Below are positions 48,596-59,914 of a DNA stretch of 64,000 nucleotides, in pieces. The DNA is from Ranitomeya imitator (taxonomy: Eukaryota), in assembly GCF_032444005.1 (NCBI RefSeq), contig NC_091283.1, positions 29,326,001-29,390,000 of the forward strand. The letters are read 5' to 3'. The number at the start of each line of letters is the position of its first letter. Position 1 is the stretch's first letter. Both the position numbers and the translations under genes were made by a program. The notes beneath the pieces were generated by a model. The model ran no database searches and had not been told where the DNA came from. It saw nothing but the letters and a program-made list of their open reading frames with translations.

Positions 48596-49500
48596 GGCGC
48601 CCTTTTTAAAATTCACTCATTTGTCAACTGCCAGTCCACTTACGTAGTTTATTTGATCGAATGCGACTGCGGTCTACAGTATGTGGGCCGCACTATACAA
48701 ACTATGCACACCAGACTGAATAAACATTGACAGAATATAAAAATGTGTTTTTACTACACAGTCTGTCCAAACATTTTTTGTTAATGCACCAAAAAAACTG
48801 TAAATCTCTGAAATTAACAATTATTGATCATATACCCGACAATGTGGCAGACCGGTTCAGCAGTCTAATAAAAAAAGAAAGCTTCTGGATATTTAAATTG
48901 GGTAAGCTGGCCCCTGAAGGATTGAATCTTATGATTGATAAAGTGACAAGTTAGATATGTCTTTTTTATATTTGCGTATTTTTTTTTTCTTATTTTTCTT
49001 TCTTTATGTTTATTTTTTATGATTAATTTAGCGGTTTTCCTTATTTTTTATCCTAGTATGATTTTATTACGTTTTTTTATGTGATAGCTTTTCGCTGCGT
49101 TTGTTCTGCAGTTTTTTAAATGCTCTGTGTATTTGCCACTGTGTGCAAGCTGTTTTATAATGATCTATTAAACCTACACGTTAGCATATGTAATTATAAT
49201 AGCTCTGCGATTGGTTGTTGTCTATTTAAATACTGCCTCTTTTTCATCACCAATAAAATGTCCACCTGATGAAGACGGTGTTAACCGTTGAAACGCGTTG
49301 CGGCTCAAATATAACCTGGTGTCCGAGCATTCCTTCTGCGCTCCTGGGACCGAATTTTACTTTCTCTGTTCTTGCGTCCTCCATCGGAGGTGTTTGGCTG
49401 GAATCTGCGGGGGACTCTGCAATTGGTTTCTCTTCCCCCCGGGTCTACTCTTGGCGCTCCACCACCAAACCCCCTATCACTGAATTCCAGCCATAAATGC
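48596..49500 (+). mobile_element. Penelope-like element 3' fragment (decayed GIY-YIG endonuclease and pLTR/UTR) in PSMB8 intron 3
   Basis: NCQSTYVVYLIECDCGLQYVGRT...HSLSKHF...ESFWIFKLGKLAPEGLN, with a stop and a frameshift. Confidence 0.8.
49261..49305 (+). ncRNA. Minimal type I hammerhead ribozyme-like motif (degenerate)
   Basis: TCCAC-CTGATGA-[ACGGT GTTA ACCGT]-GAAA-CGCGTT-GCGGC. Confidence 0.5.
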
Positions 49501-49866
49501 TTGAGATGTGAATAAAACTTTCATTTTTTATTGTGTTTATTTTACATTTTTTTGTCTAGTATTTTTTAATTCTAGATTTTTTCAACACTTCATTAGGACG
49601 TTGTAATATATTGAAATAAGTCTAGCTATGTTCGTATCTGCGCCGGAGACTTGCGATTCCAGATTTGATAGGACATGCAGAACAGTCAAAATTACTGTCC
49701 CAATGTTGGGGCAAAAGAGATCCCACTATAAGTCAATGGGGTATTTTGTGTGCTGGAGGTATCCCCTGACTGTTTTGGCTTTCATTATAGACGGAAGTCA
49801 CAATGCACATATGAACAGAGGATACATACATTTTGCCTAATATCCACACATTTCTCTTTATATCAG

Positions 49867-49996
49867 GTTATACCAGCTGCGGAATAATTCCCGGATCACG
49901 GTGTCGGCGGCTTCCAAACTCCTATGTAACATGATGCTTGAGTACAGAGGTACAGGACTGAGCGTGGGCAGCATGATCTGTGGCTGGGATGAGAAG
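49867..49996 (+). CDS. PSMB8: PSMB8 exon 4
   Basis: 130 bp; [43 protein letters not shown]. Confidence 0.98.
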
Positions 49997-50639
49997 GTAA
50001 TAGGCTCGGCACGATGATTCAGGCTGCAGAATTGCTTCATTACCAGTTGGCAAATGAGACAAAATTTGCAGGAGTCAGAAATTGACATTACACATCTTTC
50101 TCATGTCCCTAAACGTAAAATCGTGGTGCTCAAAAACCTCACTATGCATCAAAACAGAGTGTTATGTTCAGACTATCGGTATTTCTCGAAAGCAATTGTT
50201 ATTAAATTATGGTTAAAATATGAGATAATAGTTTATCATACACTGTAATTTTTTTTTCGTGATTAATTTTCCTGAATATTTACGAAAGCAACAGTGGGGT
50301 TCTGCCTTTCTTAGGATATCTGTGTGTGCAGAATTGTTATCCATCTAAATGAAAAATGAAATGTTTCCATCTCAATTGTTTGTTTTCATTAATTACAGTG
50401 AAAATAATAACCAAACAACTCAAAATGTACAAAATACAATTCTGACATTTGCATAAAAACCTCAGTCACCAATATAATAATATGGCCACCCTTCTTCTCA
50501 ATAACAGTCATAAGCTCCATCCATGGAGTCTGACAGTTTCTTCATCTATTGACGACCAACTTTTTGGGCAGCACTAAACACAGCCCCAGACACTAATCAA
50601 GGAGGTGACTGTTCTCCTTTACTGTTACCCCACCTCACA

Positions 50640-52610
50640 AAATACTGATCATGATGAGCAACGGCGTGTTCTATACATAATACTGATAATAAGGAGCGTT
50701 CTGTACATAATACTGACTCTGAGGAATGGTGGGGTTTTCTGTACATACGGTTGTGCTCAAAAGTTTACATACCACAGCAGAATTTTTGCTTTCTTGATGT
50801 TGTTTTCAGAAAATTTGAATGATAACACCAAAACTTGTTCTTCACTCATGGTTAGTGGTTGGGTGAAGCCATTTATAGTCAAACTTCTGTGTTTTCACTT
50901 TTTAAATCTTAATGACAACTCAAAAAATCCAAATGACCTTGATCAAAAGTTCACATACACTGGTGAGTTGGGCCTGATAACATGCACAGAAGTTGACACA
51001 AATGGGTGTGAATGGCTACTAAAGGTAACATCCTCACCTGTGACCTGTTTGCTTGTAATCAGTGTGTGTGCATAAAAGCTGAGTGAGCTTCTGGGATCCA
51101 GACAGACTCTTGCATCTTTTATCCAGCCACTGACGTTTCTGGATTGTGAATCATGGGGAAAGCCAGAGAATTGTCAACGGATCTACGGGAAAAGGTAACT
51201 GAACTGTATCAAACAGGAAAGAGATTCAAAAAGATATCCAAGGAATTGATAATGCCAGTCAGCAGCGTTCAAACTATGATTAACAAACGGAAAATCAGGG
51301 GCTTTGCAATAACAAAACCAGGTAGACCAACAAAATTGTTGTCCACAACTGCCAGGAAAATTGTTTGGTATGCAAAGAAAAACCCTCAAATAACATCAAA
51401 TGAAATACTGGACTCCCTGAAAACTAGCGGTGTGGCTGTTTCAAGATGAACAATAAGGAATAAGAAATGGGCTGCCTGGTCGAGTCGCCAGAAGATAGCC
51501 ATTACTGTGCAAATGCCACAAAGAATCTCACCTACAATACGCAAAACAGCACAGAGACAAGGCTCAAAATGTCTGGAACAAGGTAGTTTGGAGTGATGAG
51601 ACCAATATTGAACTGTTTGGCCACAAACATAAAGGTAACATTTGTAGAGAGGTCAACAACGCTTATGATGAAAGGAACACTATTCCTACTGTAAAGCATG
51701 GAGGTGGATAGCTGATGTTTTGGGGATGTGTGAGCTACAAAGGCAAAGGAAACTTGGTCAAAGTTGAAGGAAAGATGAATGCAGCACGTTATCAGCAAAT
51801 ATTGGAGGCAAATTTGCAATCATCAGTCCAGAAGCTGCACATGGGACGTACGTGGACGTTCCAACATGACAACAATCCAAAACACAAGGCCAAGTCGACC
51901 TGTCATTGGCTACAGCAGAACAAAGTGAAGGTTCTGGAGTGGTCATCTCAGTCTTCTGACCTCAGTATCATTGAGCCACTCTGGGGAGATCTCAAGCGCA
52001 CAGTTCATGCTAAACAGCCTAGGAATTCACAGGAACTGGAGGCTTTTTGCCAAGAAGGGTGGGCAGCTTTACCATCTGAGAAAATAAAGAACATCCACAA
52101 CTACCATAAAAAACCTCAAGCTGTTATTGATGTTAGAGGGGGCAATACACGGTATTAAGAAATTGCGTATGTGAACTTTTGATCTGGGTCATTTGGAAGT
52201 TTTGGGTTGTCATTATTATTTAAAAAGAGAAAACACAGTAGTTTGACAATACAAATAACCATGAGTGGAGAAAAAGGTTTGGTGTGAATGATAATTCATA
52301 TTCTACGAAAAAAGACAAAGAAAGCAAAAATTCTGCCAAGGTATGTAAACATTTGAGCACAACTGCAATTCTAACAATGAGGAACAATGGTGCGTTCTGT
52401 ACATAGTACTGACGATAAGGAGCGATGGTGCGTTCTGTACATGTACATAATACTGACGATGAGGAGCAATGGTGTGTTCTGTACATAATACTGACGATGA
52501 GGAGCAATGTTGTGTTCTGTACATAATACTGACGATAAGGATCGATAGTGCGTTCTATACATAATACTGACGATGATGAGCGGCGCTGTGTTCTGTACAT
52601 AATACCATAC
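50640..52610. repeat. 38-bp minisatellite (50640-50745 and 52370-52610) split by a Tc1
   Basis: Unit CTGTACATAATACTGACGATGAGGAGCAATGGTGTGTT on both sides of the Tc1. Confidence 0.8.
50748..52365 (+). mobile_element. Tc1-family transposon with disrupted transposase (51153-52158) in PSMB8 intron 4
   Basis: Long TIRs (CGGTTGTGCTCAAAAGTTTACATAC / GTATGTAAACATTTGAGCACAACTG); paired-like N-terminus; WSDE, FQHDN, DLSIIEPLW motifs; stops and frameshifts. Confidence 0.92.
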
Positions 52611-52643
52611 ATTAGAACCATTTACATTATGTTTAACCTACAG

Positions 52644-52848
52644 GGCCCTGGTTTATATTACGTGAATGAAAATGGGACAAGACTCTCCAATGACATGTTC
52701 TCCACCGGATCGGGCAGTTCCTTTGCTTATGGAGTTATGGATAGTGGATACCGCAAAGATCTGACCCCTGAAGAGGCGTATGACCTGGGCCGCAGAGCTA
52801 TCAGTTATGCCACACACCGTGATAATTATTCCGGAGGGGTGGTGAATA
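52644..52848 (+). CDS. PSMB8: PSMB8 exon 5
   Basis: 205 bp; [36 protein letters not shown]...[11 protein letters not shown]. Confidence 0.98.
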
Positions 52849-53267
52849 GTAAGTACCTTTGCTACTGTCTGCAGATATAAAACCGTGTCTCATATATAAA
52901 TAGGCATGTTTACTGAATATGTACATTTTCCACATATTATTACTTCTCTTTACAAAATTGTTTAGCTCTGCTAGTGTCACAGGGACTCAAGACCCCTTTT
53001 CTTGTGATTGTGGGGGCCCCAGCAATCATATGTTCATCTCCTGACTTATGTTTTAGAGATTTTTTGTGGGCCACCCCCTTTTAAGCTTCAGACCTTTCTG
53101 GTACTCCTAGAAGAACATCATCTTCACCACATTTCTTGACTTTGTGGTAAGACTATTGGCCAATTAGCCATTTACATTCAGTTAGACGGTGCAGAGGCGG
53201 TGTTGGGGAAGTTCTCCCAATAGACAGTGCAGTGGCGGTGTGATTGAAGCTCTGCCCACACGGTGGT

Positions 53268-54727
53268 GCGAAGCAAGCTCTGCCCACTAGATGGTGCAGA
53301 AGTGGTGAGGATGAAGCTCTGCCCATTAGTCGGGGCAGCAGAGGTGAGGATGAAGCTCTGCCCATTAGTTGGGGCAGCAGAGGTGAGGATGAAGCTCTGC
53401 CCATTAGTCTGGGCAGCAGAGGTGAGGATGAAGCTCTGCCCATTAGTCGGGGCAGCAGAGGTGAGGATGAAGCTCTGCCCATTAGTCGGGGCAGCAGAGG
53501 TGAGGATGAAGCTCTGCCCATTAGTCGGGGCAGCAAAGGTGCAGATGAAGCTCTGCCCATTAGTCGGGGCAGCAGAGGTGAGGATGAAGCTCCGCCCATT
53601 AGTTGGGGCAGCAGAGGTGCGGATGAAGCTCTGTCCATTAGTCGGGGCAGCAGAGGTGAGGATGAACCGCTGTCCATTAGTTGGGGCAGCAGAGGTGCGG
53701 ATGAACCGCTGTCCATTAGTTGGGGCAGCAGAGGTGCGGATGAAGCTGTCCATTTGTCGGGGCAGCAGAGGTGTAGACAAATCTCTGCTAATTAGTCAGG
53801 GCATCAGCGGTGAGAATGAAGCTCTGTCCATTAGTCCGGATAGAAGAGGTGAGGATGAAGCTCTGCTCATTAGTAAGGGCACCAGAGGTGAGGAAGAAGC
53901 TTTGTCAATTCGTCCGGGCAGCAGAGGTGAGGATAAAGCTCTGCCTATTTGTTGGGGCAGCAGAACTGCAGGTGAAGCTCTGCCCATTAGTCAGAGCAGC
54001 AGAGGTGAGAATGAAGCTCTGCCCATTAGGCGGGACTGCAGAGGTGCGGATGAACCTCTGCCCATTAGTCGGGGCAGCAGAGGTGAGGATGAAGCTCTGC
54101 CCATTAGGCGGGACTGCAGAGGTGCGGATGAACCTCTGCCCATTAGTCGGGGCAGCAGAGGTGAGGATGAAGCTGTGCCCATTAGTCGGGGCAGCAGAGG
54201 TGAGGATGAAGCTGTGCCCATTAGGCGGGACTGCAGAGGTGCGGATGAAGCTCTGCCCATTAGTCGGGCAGCAGAGGTGCGGATGAAGCTCTGCCCATTA
54301 GTCGGGGCAGCAGAGGTGAGAATGAAGCTGTGCCCATTAGTCGGGGCAGCAGAGGTGAGGATGAAGCTCTGCCCATTAGGCGGGACTGCAGAGGTGAGGA
54401 TGAAGCTCTGCCTATTTGTCGGGGCAGCAGAGGTGCGGATATGAAGCTCTGTCCATTAGGCGGGACTGGAGAGGTGCGGATGAAGCTCTGCCCATTAGTC
54501 GGGCAGCAGAGGTGCGGATGAAGCTCTGCCCATTAGTCGGGGCAGCAGAGGTGAGGATGAAGCTCTGCCCATTAGGCGGGACTGCAGAGGTGTGGATGAA
54601 GCTCTGCCCATTAGTCGGGGCAGCAGAGGTGCGGATGAAGCTCTGCCCATTAGTCGGGGCAGCAGAGGTGCGGATGAAGCTCTGCCCATTAGTCGAGCAG
54701 CAGAGGTGAGGATGAAGCTCTGCCCAT
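53268..54727. repeat. 39-bp minisatellite in PSMB8 intron 5 (about 37 units)
   Basis: Unit GAAGCTCTGCCCATTAGTCGGGGCAGCAGAGGTGAGGAT. Confidence 0.95.
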
Positions 54728-55376
54728 TAGGTGGGCAATGACTGCACGATTTCGAAACAAAATTGTGTAGCAAAAGGCCATCACAGTGGAAGGTGTTTCT
54801 GTTGATTCTACACTTAAAGGGATTTTCTTCTCTACATTTACACTTAAAATATTTGTGCTAAGTATGAAGTTATCCACTATACAAGGAACTTCCTGGTTGT
54901 TGGGGGTCCAGATACTGGGACCCCCATTGATTCTGAGAATGCTGTGCTTGGATATTTCCGTCAGTCTCATAGTGAAAGAATGGAGCAGGGGTGCGCACAC
55001 TCAACTTCCGCTACATTTACACCTCATTCTTAAGAGCCACAGTCATGGGATCGATGGGGGTCATACTTACCAGAGTAATGCACCCCCTCGCTCCAGTGCT
55101 GCCGCTGTGACGGTCTACCACTCGCGCCCACCACTGACCTTCCCGCGGAGGCCACTGATTGGCTGCAGGGTAAGGTAACTGGTGTTTGAGATGTCACTAT
55201 TTCCTGTCTGTCCGGCGGAGACCATCAGAGTGCCACGTCGGAGCAGACCGGTAAGTACGGCTTCTTTATCGCTTTTACAAGCATGGCTTCCCTCTGTTAA
55301 CTTGATAAAGAGAGCAAACCCCTTTTATTAATTTCATGTCACCGATTAAACATTTGCCTGGTCTGTGTCTCCTCAG

Positions 55377-55465
55377 TGTACCACATGAAGGAGGACGGAT
55401 GGGTGAAAGTCGGGCAGTACGATGTCAGTGACCTGCTGTACGACTACAAGGAGGAGAAGAAGTGA
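55377..55465 (+). CDS. PSMB8: PSMB8 exon 6 (last coding exon)
   Basis: [29 protein letters not shown]. The six exons total 813 nt, in frame. Confidence 0.97.
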
Positions 55466-55563
55466 TATCAGACACTGAGCCCAGAGACGAAGACTCCATT
55501 ATCGTCTCCAACATTTCTCCATTTTTCGTTATCACAACAAACCTGCGAATGTCAATCCCCAAA

Positions 55564-55599
55564 AATAAAGGAGTTTCTCTAACATTTTATTGTTTTATT
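55564..55599. terminator. Opposed poly(A) signals: AATAAA on + (55564-55569) and on - (55586-55591, 55594-55599)
   Basis: Motifs seen directly; assignment to PSMB8 and TAP1 is inferred. Confidence 0.55.
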
Positions 55600-56122
55600 A
55601 CTTTTTATGTCTGTTTCATTATTATTACAATGCTAACAATATATTAAAATATAACAATAAGCAAATATAAAGATAAAAAAGATAAAGGTTTTTTTTTTTT
55701 TTTTTGCAAAACTACATAAATGACAAAGGTGCAGCTAGGTGAGCCTTATAAGTGCAATATCTGGCTGCCATTTTCACATTTGCTGTTGGTGAATGAGGAC
55801 GCTGGTACAATTGTATACATTCTAGACAATGCTCTGCGAGCTCAACATCCCGGACTCCAGACTGATACATGGGAACAAATGAGCAGAGAATTGTGTGCGG
55901 CTCACAGAGCATCGAGTCCACTTCTCGGCTGAGGGTAGGATTAGCAATGGACAGGTACAGCCTCTGAATGTAGTTCTCCTTCACTGACAGCAAGCACATC
56001 TGCAATGTGTGAACACGGAAAATACTGGTTGGGATGTATTGTAAAAAGTCACTATGCAGCAAAACAGGAGTAATAGTCCATAGATAAAGTTTGGGGCTAC
56101 ACATCCAAAGCAGTAATCTAAA

Positions 56123-56826
56123 AGGTACCTTCACACTCAGCGACGCTGCAGCGATACCGACAACGATGTCGATCGCTGCAGCGTCTCTGTTTGGTCGCTG
56201 GAGATCTGTCACACAGACCGCTCTCCAGCGACCAACGATGCCGGTAACCAGGGTAAACATCGGGTTACTAAGCGCAGGGCCGCACTTAGTAACCCGATGT
56301 TTACCCTGGTTACCATCGTAAAAGTAAAAAAAACAAACACTACATACTTACCTTCAGCTGTCTGTCCCCGGCACTCTGCTTCTCTGCACTGGCTGTGAGC
56401 ACAGCGGCCGGAAAGCAGAGCGGTGACGTCACCGCTGTGCTTTCCGGCTGTTCGGCGCTCACAGCCAGTGCAGGAAGCAGAGCGCCGGGGACAGACAGCT
56501 GAAGGTAAGTATGTAGTGTTTGTTTTTTTTACTTTTACGATGGTAACCAGGGTAAACATCGGGTTACTAAGCGCGGCCCTGCGCTTAGTAACCCGATGTT
56601 TACCCTGGTTACCAGTGAAGACATCGCTGAATCAGCGTCACACACGCCGATTCAGCGATGTCTGCAGGGAGTCCAGCAACGAAATAAAGTTCTGGACTTT
56701 CTGCAAAGACCAACGACAGCACAGCAGGATCCTGATCGCTGCTGCGTGTCAAACTGAACGATATCGCTATCCAGGACGCTGCAACGTCACGGATCGCTAG
56801 CGATATCGTTCAGTGTGAAGGTACCT
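56123..56826. mobile_element. Harbinger-type MITE, inverted relative of 37166-37898
   Basis: TAA|AGGTACCTTCACAC...GTGTGAAGGTACCT|TAA; same internal palindromes. Confidence 0.87.
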
Positions 56827-56964
56827 TAAGACTGTAATGTCTGTAATGTCTCGCTGCCACAAAACGCAACAAATGATAGAAAATGCTAAAAGGTGGCAGA
56901 TATAACCATACAATCTGATCTCACACGTCCTCAAGTCGCTGTATGCAGCGTGTCACATCCACGA

Positions 56965-57118
56965 GGGACACGGCACGAAGGACGCAGCAAAAGGCACAGA
57001 GGACAAGGCACAGGGGACACGGCACAAGGGACGCGGCGCGAGGGATGTAGCACAAGGCACAGGGGACACGGCACAAGGGACGCGGCACAAGGGATACGGC
57101 ATGAGAGACACGGCACGA
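56965..57118. repeat. Roughly 15-bp degenerate minisatellite just downstream of the TAP1 stop (presumed 3' UTR)
   Basis: GGCACAAGGGACAC-like units. Confidence 0.7.
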
Positions 57119-57132
57119 GCGTGGCCTCCTTT

Positions 57133-57357
57133 TCATTCCTCGGTGTCTCCGTTCTCCCTGTGGAAAGTGCTGTGCTGTTTGTTCCAGAGTCTCCAGTAGA
57201 CGCCCTCCTGGGCAAGTAAATGTTCGTGTCTGCCGGACTCTCTGATCTGACCTCCTTCCAGAACCAGAATGTGGTCGGCTTTCTCCACGAAGTTCAGGCG
57301 GTGAGAAATTAGCAGTACAGTACGTTTGGTTGGGTTGTCGTAAATGGTGCTTTGTAT
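57133..57357 (-). CDS. TAP1: TAP1 last exon (H-loop, C-terminus)
   Basis: After CCAG acceptor: IQSTIYDNPTKRTVLLISHRLNFVEKADHILVLEGGQIRESGRHEHLLAQEGVYWRLWNKQHSTFHRENGDTEE*. Confidence 0.85.
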   Translation of the reverse strand: MQSTIYDNPTKRTVLLISHRLNFVEKADHILVLEGGQIRESGRHEHLLAQEGVYWRLWNKQHSTFHRENGDTEE

Positions 57358-57813
57358 CTGGACAGAAAAGTCACATCATTACAGGGAAACACATGGGTGT
57401 AAATCTGCTGTACAAAAGCACACATAGATGGAGGATCGAGTGTGAGTAACAATGACATAATCGCTGATCGACGCTCCCTCCAGTTATTTGGTGCGGCTAC
57501 TAGTTAAATTCTCCTCGTGGCCAGGATGGCTACTCAGCGTCAGGTCACACGCTCCCTCCATCAAAGCTGAGTGGGTGTTATGGCAGTGAGGAGACCCTGT
57601 CTAGTCCCCACTGCAGCACCGTCACGGAGATAACTACAAGGAGCGGCGCACAGCAATCTGTAAGTCACCTTTCTCATTCATACTAAATCTGGCAATTTTT
57701 TGAGGGAAAACCAGAAACTATAATGTATGGAACATGTCGTATGGCGCAATGCTCGGCAGCACAACTGGGGAAACACTGTGAGCATTGCAGCATTATCCTA
57801 TTGGTTTACTCAC

Positions 57814-57950
57814 CTTGAGTTCACTTTCAGAGTCCAGGGAGCTGCTGACATCATCCAGTATAAGGACCTTGGGATCCCTCACCAGGGCCCGCGCTAACGC
57901 CACTCTTTGTTTCTGACCTCCAGACAAAAGGGCGCCTTTTTGTCCAGCAC
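57814..57950 (-). CDS. TAP1: TAP1 penultimate exon (ABC signature, Walker B)
   Basis: 137 bp, AG/GT bounded; [32 protein letters not shown]. Walker B DD rather than DE points to TAP1 over TAP2. Confidence 0.88.
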
Positions 57951-58046
57951 CTAAAATACAGCACATGACTATTATCTCCACACACGAGTCATTCATTTAT
58001 TGCTGCGAAAATACAAGACCGTCCTTCAGAGTGTGCAAAGCGCGCA

Positions 58047-58775
58047 GCCGCACAGAGAACATCAGCCACACAGAGAACATCAGCCACACAGAGAACATCA
58101 GCCACACAGAGCACATCAGCCACACAGAGAACATCAGCCACACAGAGAACATCAGCCACGCAGAGCACATCAGCCACGCAGAGCACATCATATGCACAGA
58201 GAACATCAGCCGCACAGAGAACATCAGCCACACAGAGAACATCAGCCACACAGAGAACATCAGCCACACAGAGAACATCAGCCACACAGAGAACATCAGC
58301 CACGCAGAGCACATCAGCCACGCAGAGCACATCATATGCACAGAGAACATCAGCCGCACAGATAATATCAGCAGCACAGAGCACATCATATGCACAGAGA
58401 ATATCAGCAGCACAGAGCACATTAGCTGCACAGAGAATGTCAGCCGTACAGAGCACATCAGTCACATAGAGAACATGATCCGCACAAAGAACATCAGCCA
58501 CGCAGAGAACATCATCCGCGAAGAGAATATCAGCTGCACAGAGGACATCAGCAACACAGAGGACATCAGCAACACAAAGGACATCAGCCACACAGAGAAC
58601 ATCAGCAGCACAGAGCACCAGCACATCAGCCACATAAAGAACATCAGCCAAACAAGACACATCAAACGCACCCAGCACATCAGCTGCAGAGAACATAAGC
58701 CACACAGAGAATATTGGCCACACAGAGCAAATCAGCCGCAGAGAGCACATCAGCCACACAGAGAACATCAGCCGC
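58047..58775. repeat. 18-bp minisatellite in a TAP1 intron
   Basis: Unit CACAGAGAACATCAGCCA. Confidence 0.93.
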
Positions 58776-59081
58776 TCCTATATGACCACCATGTATTGTA
58801 ATGAAGCCTGTATAACGGTATTATTCACATACCGTATAGCACTGTTATTATATGGCTTTATGTATGGAGCAGTTTCGGTCACTGCTGGTATCTGAGCACT
58901 GTATGGGGGATTATACATATGTATGTTATTAGGCCGATATATGGTAGTGGTATGTAGGCATTAAACATTACACCAAATGGGGTAATAACAGAAAGTACAA
59001 CCCAGGGCAGAGTGTAATAACCCTTGTGTGACCCGACGCTTCCATCATACACGCCTCGTATATCATCTGTCCTACACCCAC

Positions 59082-59241
59082 CTGTCTTGTACCCGTCCAC
59101 CATGCTGGAAATAAAATCATGTGCGTTTGCTGCGGCTGCCGCGTTCTCCACAGACGACTGAGAAATGTGTCCCAAACCGTAAGAGATATTGTCATCTAAT
59201 GGCCGGGCAGTGAGGACGGGCTCCTGACTCACCACGGACAC
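59082..59241 (-). CDS. TAP1: TAP1 Q-loop exon (human exon 9 equivalent). Upstream exons were not found in the window.
   Basis: 160 bp; VSVVSQEPVLTARPLDDNISYGLGHISQSSVENAAAAANAHDFISSMVDGYKT; phases join the next exons in frame. Confidence 0.88.
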
Positions 59242-59586
59242 CTGCAATGAAGGAAGCGAGGTAAGACAGAGGACAGTGAAGAATGCGAGACGCCACCAGC
59301 GGCACATGATGATGATGGAGTCCGCTTCCAGTCTCGTTGCTCTGGGATTCATGGTGTGATGAAGTCGAAAGAAATAAATCTGCATGAGCAAAGTCTGATC
59401 AACGCAGCGGCCACCATGGTTTTCCATCCTGTAACAGTCATTGTATTTGGCAGTGATGTGCAGCAGTAGTGTGACCTTACGTCTATGGATATGGTGGACG
59501 TTGTGCTTTTTTTTCCAACCTTACTGCACTGGGCATCACATCATATAAGTGCTTCTTAAAAAATTAGAATATCATGAAAAAGTTAA

Positions 59587-59914
59587 AGGGACTCTGTCAC
59601 CTGAATTTGGCGGGACCGGTTTTGGGTCATATGGGCGGAGTTTTGAGGTGTTTGATTCACCCTTTCCTTACCCGCTGGCTGCATGCTGGCTGCAATATTG
59701 GATTGAAGTTCATTCTCTGTCCTCCATAGTACACGCCTGCACAAGGCAATCTTGCCTTGTTCAGGCGTGTACTATGGAGGACAGAAAATGAACTTCAATC
59801 CAATATTGCGGCCAGCATGCAGCCAGCGGGTAAGGAAAGGGTGAATCAAACACCTCAAAACTCCGCCCATATGACCCAAAAGCGGTCCCGCCAAATTCAG
59901 GTGACAGGTTCCCT
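59587..59914. mobile_element. T2/Kolobok-type MITE, nearly fully palindromic
   Basis: TTAA|AGGGACTCTGTCACC...GGTGACAGGTTCCCT|TTAA. Confidence 0.88.

Noticed and set aside
53153-54773. Up to 393-aa ORFs with MKLCPLVGAAEVR repeats
   Set aside because: 39-bp intronic minisatellite; the flanking PSMB8 exons join in frame without it.
57965-58801. 278-aa ENISHT-repeat ORF and its antisense partner
   Set aside because: 18-bp minisatellite within a TAP1 intron.
59400-59432. TACAG|GATGGAAAACCA (DGKP), resembling part of the TAP1 Walker A exon
   Set aside because: It stops after 9 codons and has no Walker A motif; the real exon probably lies beyond the window.
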